Below are positions 25,455-38,140 of a DNA stretch of 64,000 nucleotides, piece by piece. Each line of letters starts with the position of its first letter. The first letter of the stretch is position 1. The DNA is from Callorhinchus milii (Eukaryota), in the NCBI RefSeq assembly GCF_018977255.1, contig NW_024704743.1, positions 26,228,001-26,292,000 of the forward strand. The letters are read 5' to 3'. Both the position numbers and the translations under genes were made by a program. Under the pieces are notes generated by a model, which ran no database searches, was not told where the DNA came from, and worked only from the letters and a program-made list of their open reading frames with translations.

Positions 25455-26510
25455 CAAGGTTCCGGACTGGCTCAGTGAGGTGGATTGTGCATCCTTGAAT
25501 AGACCTCAGCTGCACGCCCCATGAAGCACCCTCAATCCTAACATCAAATGCCAAGATAACATCTGCCTGGCCGCCTTCTCTTCCTGCCCCATCTCCCTCA
25601 CCACCACCCTCCCCATTCCTTCTCCATCACCCACTCCTCCTCCCATGGCTCCTATCAAGGGCACCAACCTACACTCCTTTGCCCCCATCTCACCTTACTC
25701 CCTCTCATCCTCCATCATCCAGATGAAACCCAGCTGCCTCTAACCCCCCCCCCCCCCCCCACCCACCGATCCAGCTGCTGGTCGCTCAACTTCCCCTCCG
25801 CTGCCCACTGCTGGCAGACATGATAACTCAGTCCCTCAACTCAGGCTCACTCCTACTCCCATTCAAAACAGCTGTCATCATTCCCTTCCTTAAAAAACCT
25901 ACTCTCAATCTCTTCAACCTCGCACACTACCATCCCATTTCAAACCCGCCCTTCCTGCCCAAAGCCCTGAAACGCGTTGTTGTAAACCAACTTCGTTCAC
26001 ACCTTGCCCTCCACAACAACAACAACAACAAGATTCCATTTATTGAGCGCCTTTCACGTCGGGAGGACGTCCCAAGGCGCTGCCTATTTGAACCACTCCA
26101 GTTTCCGCCAAGCCCACAGCACAGAGACAGCACTTGTCAAAGTAACAAATGGCATCCTCTCTCTCTGTGACCAAGTCTCCCTCTGTCTCCTCGTCCTCCC
26201 GGACCACTCCGCTGCATTCGACACAGTTGACCATGCCATCCTCCTCGACCACCTCTTCTCCCTTATCTACCTTAGTTGGACCGCACTCATATGGTTTGAG
26301 TCCTACTTAACAAGCCACCAGCACTTCATCTCGGCAAATGGTTTTTCCTCTCACCCCCGCCTGGTCACCAGCAGGGCACCCCAAGTCTCCATCCTTGGCC
26401 CCCTCCTTTTCCTCATCTACATGTCAATGTCATCCACAGACATGGGGTCAACTTCCACTTGTATGCGAATGACACCCAAATCTACTTCTGTTCTTCCAGC
26501 TGCTACTTCC
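25455..26510 (+). mobile_element. L2-clade LINE ORF2 reverse-transcriptase fragment (pseudogenised)
   Basis: FKTAVIIPFLKKP, HSTETALVKVTN, AAFDTVDH, PQVSILGPLLFLIY, and a decayed YADD motif (YANDTQIY). Confidence 0.92.
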
Positions 26511-27124
26511 AATCCGCTGATAATAATAAACTATAATTCTTGCAATTGATACAGCACCTAATCACTTCTTTGAGACGTCTCAAAGCACTTCACAGAATAT
26601 ACTGTAAAGCGAATTGACTGTATATTTTGAGGGCAAAACACGGCAGCCAATTGCGCACAGCAGTGTCCCACAAACAGTCGTGGATTGAGTGACAAAGCGT
26701 TTTTTTTGTGAGGTATGGTCGGAGGCGGGCAATGTTGCAGAGGTGGAAAAAAACGTCCTGGCCAATTTTGTTTTATTTCTTCCTGAATGACTCTGTTTAA
26801 AGGTCTGTATTCCAAGTAAATTGTTTGTTACAAAGTATAACCTGACTTTGCACCTTCCCCTGTGATTAGGTTGCACATAGACAGTGTTTAGGTTGGTAAA
26901 AATAGACTTTATTAGGAAGCACAATAATGACAAGCTGCAATTATGCAGGATGGTGTCTCGAGTATTTAACAGTGGCAGAGCTTAATGATAAGCCAGAGAG
27001 AGGGGGGGAGGTGACAGTAGGCACGGTCGAAGAGGAAGCTCTTCAGGTGTTAACTGAAGATGGGAAAGGAGGAGGCAAAGTGGAGGGATTAAGGTAGAGA
27101 GTTCCATAGATTTGTGGGCTGCAG

Positions 27125-27440
27125 ATAATCCAGACTCTGCAGCCCGTGTCGTCTCCCGCACCAAACTCCGCGACCCCATCTCCCCCACTCTCGCCCAACT
27201 CCATTGACTCCCTATCCTTCAGAAGATCCAGTTCAAGATTCTGCTCCTCACCTACAAAGCCCTCCATGGCCTCCTTAGCCTCCTTCAAGTCCCGCCTCTT
27301 CGACCATGCCATCGGTCACACCCCTTCCCCTCCCCTCCCGCTCCCGACCCCAGCTCGGGTCTGAAATGCTGTACACTGTCCAGCGCCTTGGACGTCCTCC
27401 TGACGTGAAAGGCGCTATACAAATGTAATCTTGTTGTTGT
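27125..27440 (+). mobile_element. L2 3' fragment, tail-to-tail with an older minus-strand L2 fragment (~27440-27920)
   Basis: QIIQ.SAARV..KIQFKILLLTYKALHG; L2 tail with (TTG)n. Confidence 0.8.
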
Positions 27441-28387
27441 AGTGGCTGAAAGAACAGCTGCCAATAGTGGAGCAGAAGGGACGTGCAGGAGGTCAGAGTT
27501 AGCTGAGCAGGTTGATGAATGGGGTGTAAGCAGAGGCAGGAGAGTGCTAGTGCGTGAAGTGATTTATACATGAGCGTGAGGATCATGCAATCGATCTGTT
27601 CTGCAATAGGGAGTAATAGGGAGCCAGTGGAGCCGGGCAAGTACTGGAGTAATGGGGTTCAGAGTTTGGTGCGGGTGAGGATACGATAGGTGGAGTTTTG
27701 AATGAATTGGATCTTACGAAATGGTGGCGCGGGGGGAGACCGATGAGGAAGGAATTGGAATTTTTGAAAGTGAAGGTGACAAATATGAGTTTCGGCTGCA
27801 CTGGGTGGGAGGTAGGGTCAGAGATAGGCACGGTGGCAAACGTGGAGGAATGCGGTCCTAATCAAGGATTAGATGTGGGTAGGAAGGGCAAGCGGGGACT
27901 TATATGGACACCTACGTTGTTTACAGATTCTGTGGAATCTGAGTAATAGGCCGGGGCGGTTCAATTCCAGGATATCCACTTACTTTTGAAACACAGGGAT
28001 CATAAAAAGCACAATAAAGAGCAAAGCTCATTCAGGTATCTCTGAGTCAAAACGTACAAAATACTAATTTGCTATCAAGCCAATTTTCATGATGCTTTGA
28101 TATGACACCACACCTCTGTTCTGTATAACTGAAAAGAACTATAAAAGTAAATCAGTAGCTAATAAGTTCCAGCAACGTCTTAATATAAACATCATCAGCA
28201 TTACCCACATTTTCTAACCGTCATTGCTCTCATTGTGTAGGATGATTTATTACCTGAGGTAACTTTAGCTTTGTTAATACGCTTGGAAAATTCTACTTGT
28301 CAGGTTTCCACTAACATCACATCTGGTGTTGAGCATGAGCACTATGCGCAAGACGCACAATGGCGTCATGTCGTGAAAGAAGTGAAA

Positions 28388-28703
28388 TTATAATAATAAT
28401 AATCCTTGCATTTGATGTAGCGCTTTTCACGTCTTCTAGACGTCCCAAGGCGCTTCACAGAATATGCTGTAAAATGAATTGACTGTATATTTGTGGGCGA
28501 AACACGGCAGCCAATTGCGCACAGCAATGTGCCATAAACAGTCGTGGATTAAAAATGACCATTTTATTATTGTTTTGTTTTGAAGGGATTATTATTAGGC
28601 GTGTGGAGCAAGGAAACTTGCCCAAGGTTTTGCCCTGCCTGTAATTGAAACCAGGTGTCTCGCTTGCAAGGCGAGTGCTCTAACCACTGAGCTACAGGAC
28701 TCC
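28388..28703 (-). mobile_element. tRNA-derived Deu-domain SINE, short variant
   Basis: Near-identical layout to 22196-22524. Confidence 0.9.
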
Positions 28704-30276
28704 AAATTAGTGTCGCGTCCTGCACACAGATGTGCAAGAAACTGCGGCAGCTGCAAAGCAGTTCAACAACAGCAACCTGGATTTATATAGCACCCCTAAC
28801 TCAGGTTAGCATCCCAGAGAACACCAGAAGTTCCTCTGACTAGTATGCATATGGGCAGGAAGTGTTGTCAGCAGTGACCCATGGCTCACAGTAATAATAA
28901 TAATCCTTGCATTTGATTTAGCACCTTATCACGTCTTTGAGACATCTCAAAGCGCTTCGCAGAATATATTGAAAGGTAACTGACTGTATACTTTGTGGGG
29001 GACATGCGGCAAAATGCACACAGCAGTGTCCCAAAAACACGGACCAAATTATTATTATTATTTTCATTATTTATTTTTTGAAGGGATTATTACCCCCGGA
29101 AAAGCAATCCAACAATTATACAACTCTGCCTCTGATCCTTTTAGCCGATGCTTCAGTGGGTAAATACCCATCTTTTACAGAACTGAGACCAGAAAGCCCC
29201 AGCTTTAGTTCCCAGACTTCACAGAAGCCAATTGCTTCTGCCCCTGCCTAATGACTCTACATTGTAGACTTCTATGTTTATGAACTGTGTTGGGATAGGA
29301 AGAGGGGAGTTAACATTTTTTTTCTCTGACTATCTACTGACAATACTCATACTCTGAGCACCCAGAATGGCACATGCGTGAGCTACTAATGATTGCAGAT
29401 GCTTGTGGAACTCTACCATCGCATGAGATACTGTTGTCATAAAAGTAGAGAAACAAATTGGAAATGTCTGGCCTCCCACCTCCCAAAACAACTATATTCC
29501 TCTCTTACCTATTTTGATCTCCTGCTCCTGGGCTTTTCCTTGTGAGATTTGCCTTCTCTATCTGCATGGCTCTCACTCGCTCATTACATCTCCTTCTTCC
29601 TATCCGGCTGCCTTTCCACTGAACTATCTTCTCGTCTGCTCTGTCAGGGCTGGGACATGATACTGAATGTTGTTTTGCATGGCAAGTGCTGCAGAAGGAA
29701 TTTTAGCTCAAACGGAACAAAACATGACCTCAAACCTTTATATATTTAATATGGTTAATCTAGGGATTGGACAGGGTGGCACAGTGTGTTATATTACTGG
29801 CTGTCCACCTCTACGATCTGATTTGAATGCGTTGAGGCCGATTATAGTGTTTCTATTGCAGCTGCATTTGAAATCAAGACAGACTACAGACCAAACTTAG
29901 GTCAATGCCCCATACAAGATGCATTCACTCATACAGCCATCACATTTTTTTTAAAGATCATCAATGCTGCCCATGCTCTAAACATGCAATTCTGTTGGTA
30001 AACAAGGAAGCAATATGATGTTATAACTGAAAATCCAATATTCTGTATTGCAAAAATAATTTTAAATGACTTGTATGCAGTTAAAAAGTTATTTATTATT
30101 TATTGCAGAGCTATCCAGCAGAAAGAGGATCCCGGCACATACTTTAACATAAATAACAATAACGTCCTTTAATTTATACAGCAATGTTCAGGTAGAATAA
30201 TGTTTCAGAGCACTTAACGAATATAGGGTTAGACCTTAGGGATATTCGAGAGGTAATTGTTTAGAGTGGGATTCAA

Positions 30277-30585
30277 GGTCCTGTAGCTCAGTGGTTAGTG
30301 CACTTGCTTTGCAAGCGAGAGACCTGGGTTTGATTCCCAGCAGGGTGAAACCTTGGGCAAGTTTTCTTACTCCACATGCCTGATAATAATCCCTCCAAAA
30401 CAATAATAAATTGGTCATTTCAATCCACGACTGTTTGTGGACACTGCTGTGCGCAATTGGCTGCCACATTTCGTCCACAAATATACAGTCAATTTACTTT
30501 ACAGTCTATTCTGTGAAGCACTTTGAGGTGTCTAGAAGACATGAAAAGCGCTATATCAAATGCAAGGATTGTTATTATTGTTATT
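30277..30585 (+). mobile_element. tRNA-derived Deu-domain SINE, short variant
   Basis: GTCCTGTAGCTCAGTGGTTAG head, core, tail. Confidence 0.9.
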
Positions 30586-31016
30586 AAATAAGAGAGGGGA
30601 GTTCCAGACAGAAGAGTACAGGGATGGAGTTCCAGAGATTAGCGTAGCAGCTGAAGGCTAAATAGATTAGATAAGAGAGGGGCATTCCAGACAGAAGAGT
30701 ACAGGGATGGAGTTCCAGAGATTAGGAGCATAGCATCTGAAGGCTCGACCACCGATGGTGATTCCTCCACTCTATGGAAGGGACGAGGGACATGGAGCCA
30801 TCCTGAGATAGCTGAGCAAGGGGACGAGCAGGAAAGTGGGAAGGAGAAGGTCAGAGAAAGGGAGGTGCTAGGACAATGGTGGCCAACTTTATACTCGGCC
30901 GACAAAATACATTTTCATGATTGAATATTTCCACCTCGCAATTATTATAGGCAGGCACACTGAGATTACAATTCATAAAGCAAACAGTGCTGAAATCTAA
31001 TGTTTGTTTTTCTCAC

Positions 31017-31125
31017 CTTTCGGTTTCCAGTTCCAGGACAAGAGGATCATGGAACTCATAGGCCTGATCAGAGCAGAAGTGCATCAACGCCGCTTTGCGC
31101 TCACTGTCTCTAACTGGCCGATCGT
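31017..31125 (-). CDS. CEP72: CEP72 coding exon 4 (DDRPVRDSERKAALMHFCSDQAYEFHDPLVLELETE)
   Basis: Not in the ORF track; read manually. Acceptor tctcttgcag|, donor AAG|gtgaga, 109 nt, phase 1 to 2; DDRPVR.SERKA..HF motif of CEP72. Confidence 0.95.
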
Positions 31126-32279
31126 CTGCAAGAGATTAAATCAACCACCGTAATAACACTCAACTGTTATTGTTTGACAAAGCTGCCAGTTTCTTACGTT
31201 ACCGGTTGTGCCCTTCCATTTTTAACAAAATCACATTCGTCAACTTCACTGTGACGAACCCGAAATTATTTTTGCATTAATCTAAAGTTCAATTTGTTTT
31301 TTTGTGTGACGGTCAGGATATTCCTAACGCTGAGGTTCAAATTCTAATTTTGGTCCAAGCAACAGACAAATAATGATAATAATCCTTACATTTGATATAG
31401 CTCTTTATCACGTCTCCCAAACGTCTTAAAGCGCTTCACAGAATATACTGTAAAGTGAATTTTGTGTATTGACTGTACATTTTGTGGGCGAAACGCAGCA
31501 GCCAATTGCGCACGGAGGGTGTGGCGCAAACAGCCGTGTGATCAATTTATTATCATTATTGTTTTTGAAGGAATTATTCCCCCTAACTGTTTTCTTTATC
31601 AGTAGTTTTCCTTATCAAGAGTGTTTCTCGAGCCGCTCAGGAGCAGTGTCAGCTCACCAGCCAGCCTCCTGTGTGCTCTGCTCATGCTCACAATGTCAGC
31701 TGGTCCTCTCCCCTCAGAAGGAACATTCATGGCAACCTGATGAGCCGGAAGCAGGACAATGGCCATTTTTTTCATCAAATCTGTTACAATGCAGCGTCTA
31801 ACTTGATGAATTGGAAGCAACACATTAACTAACTTGCCTATATCGTTTTCAATTTTGCAGCTAATAATAATAGCCCTCGCATTTGACATAACGCCTTATC
31901 GTGTCTTTGAGACGTCGCAAAACACTTCACAGAATATACTGTAAATTGACTGTATGTTTTGTGGGCAAAACAGTAACAAACTCCTAAATTCCACCGCAAA
32001 AAGGCAGCGGTATTTTGCCACGACCACTGGACTTTTGGAGAACGCTTGTGGCAAATTCCTTAGTATTGTGGCATTCTGAACATGCATCTTGGACAGCTTG
32101 ATATCATCACACAAGTATTGTTCAGAACATTTCTTCACAGAGGGTTGTGATGCACAAGAGGACCATAGAGGCAGATTCAACTCAGAAGTTCTAAAGCAGC
32201 GATTGATAGGTACAAAGAAGAACTTGCAATTTTATAGCAATATCAGGCTTTAGCATATAATACAGTAATATCCTGGTAT

Positions 32280-32660
32280 TTGAGTATGAAGAGTGAAGAG
32301 AGAAATTGGGGCTGTTTTCACTGGAGCAAAGAAAGTTGAATGGTGAGATGATAAGAGGTGTTCAAATTTCAGAGGTTTAACTTAAATAATGAGAAATTAT
32401 TTCTACTGGTCAGCGAGTCGGTAACAAGAGGACATAAATTTTATATAATTTAAAAAAACAAGGGCAACAGTTCAATTCTTCTTGCAGAGACCAGTTAGAA
32501 CAATAGATGCCCTACAAATAGAAACATAATTGAAGTAGAATCCATAATCGCTTTCAAAATCGAATTTGAAAAAGCAATATTAAGGGGTTTGCAAAAAGGG
32601 TAAGAATGTGAGACTAAATGGGAAGCTTTTCCTAAGAGCTGGTATGGACATGATTCTGTG
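32280..32660 (+). mobile_element. Old CR1-like LINE 3' fragment
   Basis: YEE...LGLFSLEQRKLNG.M and TRGH.F..motifs, with stops and frameshifts. Confidence 0.65.
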
Positions 32661-35106
32661 CTGGGAATTCTATATTTCCATTTTTGCTTAAATAATAACA
32701 CTTACATTTGGCGATAGTGCCCTTCACGTCAGGATGACGTCTCACATCCCTTCTCAGGATATACTGTAAAGTGGAGTGATTGTACATTTTTCAGGTGAGC
32801 ACTGCAGCCAAGTTGCACATAGCAACAGACAAATAATGTTTCCATTATTGTTTCTGCAAACTGCTGGACTGCAAACAACCAACTGTCATTTCAGTTACTT
32901 TAATAGTCTGGTGCCAGGTGGCAGAATGTGGTTAGGTGGATTACTGAAAGCAACGTAATTGTTGTCCCTCCTATAAGCAGCTTTACAATGGCTGCGTATA
33001 AAAATATTACACCTTCCACATTAGAGGTGACAATGCTCTGTTTAAAGCTGTAACACTATTGAAGTGAAAAGGTACTGTTATAAAATCCTAGCCTGGAAAA
33101 TCTACCCTAATTATAACTGAACGAACAAGAAAATCACTTACAATCTGGGAAATTATCCTTGGCAGGCCCAGCTAAACTGCTGGTTCACCTGTATGTTCAA
33201 ACATGCAGAGGTTATAGTCTTCCCTTCATTTATTCTACGATGAGCTCTTAACATTATTACTGGTGCCCTAGTTACTCTTTCCAGTATTACTAAAGTGCGT
33301 GGTAACAGCATGGTTAATTATTTTGAATTAACACGATGTAGAAAACGTACCTCGAGATCACAAGAGAGATTCTTTAACAACATTTTCATACATGGAAAAT
33401 CTGGAGGACAGAATTGTACAGTGTGTGACATATACGTTGACAGCTACAGAAAGCTGCCAAGATTCTGAAAAACGTTCCATTACTGAGTAAGCTCTTGTTG
33501 CTGTAGGTTCACCATTCAGAACCGTTCTTTCTTTACTAGTCACTGTTGGAGGGAAACGGGCAACTGAAGCCACATTTAACTTGGGATAAATAAGGTAGCC
33601 CTGTTGCTTTCAGCTGTAACCTCCTAAGAGCCCTTTCCCTCCACCCCATGTCTCCAGAAACAATATGTTTCTTCCCACTGCTTCACACAATACCAACAAC
33701 ACCATGTTGGATGCTGGTAGACTGAGCTTACAGCTCAACTGAATAGGTTATTCCTGCAGTTTTCACATCGGTAGTCTATACAGACGTGCACAATCATCGG
33801 TGAAGGCCTAGTAGACAGAAATAAGTCACAAAGACAACTTCAAAAGAACTGCACATTACTGTGGAAATTGTGAAGGTAAGTGGTTTCAATTAATATTTGA
33901 AGCATTGAAGCAATTGGGATACAACTTGAAGAAATTCCCTCATATGTAATCCAAGTCACACAAATACAGACTGCTGGACGTAAGATATGCCACTAGATGG
34001 GAAAGAGTATATTATCTAGGATCTCTATAATATTAAGCAAAACAATAATAACCTTTGAATTTTATATCCTTTCACGATGGGAGGAATTCCCAACGTGCTG
34101 CATAGGATTTACTGACGTGTAGCTGCTGTGTATTTTGTAGGTGAATGCAGCAGTCAATCTGCATAATGCTGCACAACAGCCATGAAGTGAATTACAGTAA
34201 ATCTCACATAAGTCGTATCAATTGGGACCATACATTTAATATGACTTATGCAAAGAATGAGTTAAGTGAAACCTACATAGAATGTAAACTCTTGAATGGG
34301 ACTTGGACAGATGTATGACATAGGCAATTATACGATCTATAAAGATCAGATTTATGTGAGTTTTACTGTACCAATTTGATTTGGTGGATTGTTGGCCAGG
34401 ACACTGGAAAAAACTCCTTTCTCGTTTTGTATGGTGCCGTGGGATCCTTTGAATGACGCCGTGAGTCTGATCTGCTTGTATTTGTGCATCAGGCCTAGTT
34501 GCTTCTTTTGTATTATAGTATCCTGTAGCTGAATTGCGTGTCTCTGTACCAATCACCATGTGGAATAGATATGCCGCTTGCTATTTGTGCAGGCTGTGGA
34601 GTGAGGTCCCATTTCTTTCACATCTATCATGTAAAATGTTTAGATAAAATTGGTCATTCATTTCATAACTGTTTGCGGAACATCACTGTGTGCAAGTCTC
34701 CTGTCACATTTGCCTACAAATGCAAAGGCACTACACTATACAGTAAAATCCTGTGAAGCAACTTTGACACAATTTTGACAATATGATAAGGAGCGATATC
34801 AAATGCAATTATCATTTATTATTCTTATACTGGACACTAAGAATACTTGTGGGAAATGTCAATGACTGGCTCCGTGTCTATTACAAATTAATTTTGCTTT
34901 CTCTTGCTTTCCCCCATTCTCTTCCCTCCATACCTTTTGATACGTTAACCGGTTCGTAAGCTCTTATCAGCTTTATAAAGAACAAGTAGCACTACTGGCA
35001 CTTAGTGAGGAGTTGTGATTGAGCCGGGTATCTGTTGCCATAATGATGTCTTTCCACTGCCAAAGTGGCAGCTTTAGGAATTTAGTTACAGGACTCGTGG
35101 ACTCAT

Positions 35107-35404
35107 GGAGTCCTGTAGCTCGATGGTTAGAGCACTCGCCTCACAAACGAGAGACCTGGGTTTGATTCCCTGCAGGGCGGAACCTTGGGCAAAGTTTCCT
35201 TACTCCTCATGCCTGATAATAATCCCTCAAGAAAAAAAACAAGAATAAATTGATCACTTCAATCCACGACTGTTTGTGGGTCACTGCTGTGCGCAATTGG
35301 CTGCGGTGTTTGGCCCACAAATATACAGTCAACTCACTTTACAGTATATTCTGTGAAGCGCTTTGAAATGTCTAGAAGATGTGAAAGGATTATTATTATT
35401 ATTA
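35107..35404 (+). mobile_element. tRNA-derived Deu-domain SINE
   Basis: GGAGTCCTGTAGCTCGATGGTTAGAGC head, core, (ATT)n tail; about 115 bp from the exon 3 donor. Confidence 0.9.
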
Positions 35405-35519
35405 TCTTTAACACCCACCTGAACAAGCAGATGGGACCTCATCTTTAATGTCTCGTCCAAAGGACTGAAATTGGTGAAAACAATTGTCATATATTATTTT
35501 AAACCAGAAAGATACTTAC

Positions 35520-35712
35520 CTAATCTTCTAAGATTGGGCAGCATGTGGACAACAAAAAGCCGATAGTCTGCTTCGTTTTTGGAAACAGGATTCAGTCTAA
35601 GATCCAAGTCCTTCAGGGCGGTCAAGTTACGGATGCAAAATACCTCTTTCAGACTAGGTATTTTATTATAATACAAATTTAGTTTTTCCAAATGTTTCAA
35701 CTGCTCAATCCC
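35520..35712 (-). CDS. CEP72: CEP72 coding exon 3, LRR/LRR-cap (GIEQLKHLEKLNLYYNKIPSLKEVFCIRNLTALKDLDLRLNPVSKNEADYRLFVVHMLPNLRRL)
   Basis: Acceptor cacacag|, donor TAG|gtaagt, 193 nt, phase 0 to 1; LNLYYN, LRLNPV and DYRLFVVH motifs. Confidence 0.96.
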
Positions 35713-36489
35713 CTGTGTGCATAATAAGAAAACACTTATTAAAGCTTAGGAAATGCATTTAGATAGATGTTCAATTATTTCAATTAGGAAATTCATTTTT
35801 TTGATATTGGTTAGACACAGTAACAAATTTAGAGGGCTGATCACTGAACTTCAAGTACTGTACTGAATTTCACAATAAGATCCAAGGTCAACTGGGGTCT
35901 GACGGTGTCTGCTTTTGCCAATGCCAAAGACATTCCGAAATGTTGATAGATCAATAGGGATCCGAAGACCTGAAATTGCTCATGGTCATAGCCTGAAGAC
36001 CATTGGCTTAAAATTGGAAGATTTCACACACAGAAATGTGAACAAAATAAATTCAATCTTAATTTGAAAGCCAGCTTTATGCAGCTTTGCAAAATGATGA
36101 GGCATAAATGATGTAGATAAAGCAGACGACTCAACTTAAACTGTGCTAGCAGAACTCGGAGAGGTGGGGGAACTTCAAACTTTAAACCAAAAAGCCTCAA
36201 CTGAGACTATGAATTTCTTCTGCTGCCCCCAAGAATAATTCATACTGTGATGATACTCTGAACAAAAGCTACTGATATTGTATCACTTAACTCCCTCATA
36301 AAAGAACCTCGGTACTTATCTCCTTGGGAAATGACATTATAGGGTTAGTTTCTAGGTGAGGTGAACAAATACTGCAAAGGACAGAATTGTTTCCATACTG
36401 CTAGGATCTGAGGAGCTCCACCTCATTCCACTCTTTATCTATCTCACCTATTCGAACATACTGTTGCAGGTCAACTTCAGTCAAACCTC

Positions 36490-37787
36490 TCCCTCCACTC
36501 CCTCCTTAATCCCTTGCAGTCTGATTTTCGCCCTGCCCAAAGCACAGAGACAGCGCTTGTCAAAGTCACAAACAACATTCTCTCTCTCTGTGACCAGGGC
36601 TCCCTCTGCTTCCTCGTCTTCCTGGATCTCTCTGCTGCGTTCGACACAGTCAACCGCACCATCCTCCTCCATTGGCTCTCCTCCCTCATCCACTTCAGTG
36701 GGACCGGACTCACATGGTTTGAATCCTACTTATCCAACTGCCTCCATTTCATCTCAGCAAATAGTTTCTCCTCCCGCCCCTGCCTGGGCACCTGCGAGGT
36801 ACCCCACGGCTCCATCCTTGGCCCTCTTCTTTTCCTTATCTATATGCTCCCTCTGGGCGATGTCATCCACAGACACGGAGTATACTTCCACAAATCTACT
36901 TTTCCTCCTCCAGTATCAACTCCAGGTCCGCTGATGTTCTATCAGCTTGTCTGGCAAACATCAAGTTCTAGATGAGTGTAAGCTTCCTGTAGCTGAATAT
37001 GGACAAAGATAGAATCCATACTCCTTGGCTCCTGTCAACATCTTCACTCCTGCGAATCTAAACTCCTCAACCTCCCTGGACTCTCCCTCAGACTCACTGA
37101 ACCAGTACATAACCTCGGTGTCCGGTTCGACCCCCAGCTGTCCTTCCTCCCCCACATCCAGTCACTGACCAGGACCGCCTTCTTCCACCTCCGCCACATT
37201 GCACGCCTTTGACCCCAAATGCAGCCAAAACCCTCGTTAATGCGTTTGTCACCTCCCGCTTGGATTACTCCAAAGCACTCCTCGCAGTCTCTCCAGCTCC
37301 ACCATTCACAAGATCCAGCTCATTCAAAACTCTGCTGCCCGCATACTGACACGGACCCACATCTCACCAGTTCTGGCCAGGCTCCACTGGCTCCCCATCA
37401 CCAAATGGATCAACTTCAACATCCTCACTCGGGTTCAAATCCATTCACTCCCTGGCATCTCCCTACCTCTCTGACCTCCTCACTCCTCAATCCATCACCC
37501 AGCACCTCCGCTCGACCTGCACCTCGCATCCTCTGCTCATCCCTCGCCCTCTGCCTCACCACCAGATATCATTCTTTCAGCCACTACGCCCCCAAACTCT
37601 GAAACACTCTCCCTCGATCTCTCTGCCTTGCCCCCTCTTTCAAGTCCCGCCTGAAAACTTTCTTCTTTGAACATGCTTACTGCCACCTCCCCTTTCCCCC
37701 TGGCTCGGAGACAGCCTCTGCCACTCTTAAGTGCTCTGAGACGTTATCCTGCAGGGAGGGCCCATATAAGTGCAAGTTGTTGTTGTT
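36490..37787 (+). mobile_element. L2-clade LINE RT-to-3'-end fragment (degraded)
   Basis: QSDFRPAQSTETALVKVTN..DLSAAFDTV..VPHGSILGPLLFLIYMLPLG; ends in (GTT)n. Confidence 0.92.
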
Positions 37788-38140
37788 GAGTCCTGTAGCT
37801 CAGTGGTTAGAGCACTTGCCTCGCAAGTGAGAGACCTGGGTTCGATTCCTGGCAGGGCAAAAGATTGGGCAAGTTTCTGCCTCTGTTTACTTGCAGTAAG
37901 TAGGAACCCAGGTGTTAGTCGATTGGCAGATTGCTTTTCTGGAGATAATAATTCCTTCAAAAAAAAATAATAATTTGTTCATTCAATTCACGACTATTTG
38001 TGGGAACACTGCTGTGAGTTTCGCCCATAAAGTATACAGTCAATTCACTTTATACAGTATATTCTGTGAAGCGCTTTGAGATGTCTCGAAGACATGATGA
38101 GTCAATTTATCAAATGCAAGGATTATTATCATTATTATTA
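37788..38140 (+). mobile_element. tRNA-derived Deu-domain SINE, long variant
   Basis: Intact A box and B box (GGTTCGATTCC), core, tail; abuts the (GTT)n tail of the upstream LINE. Confidence 0.9.
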
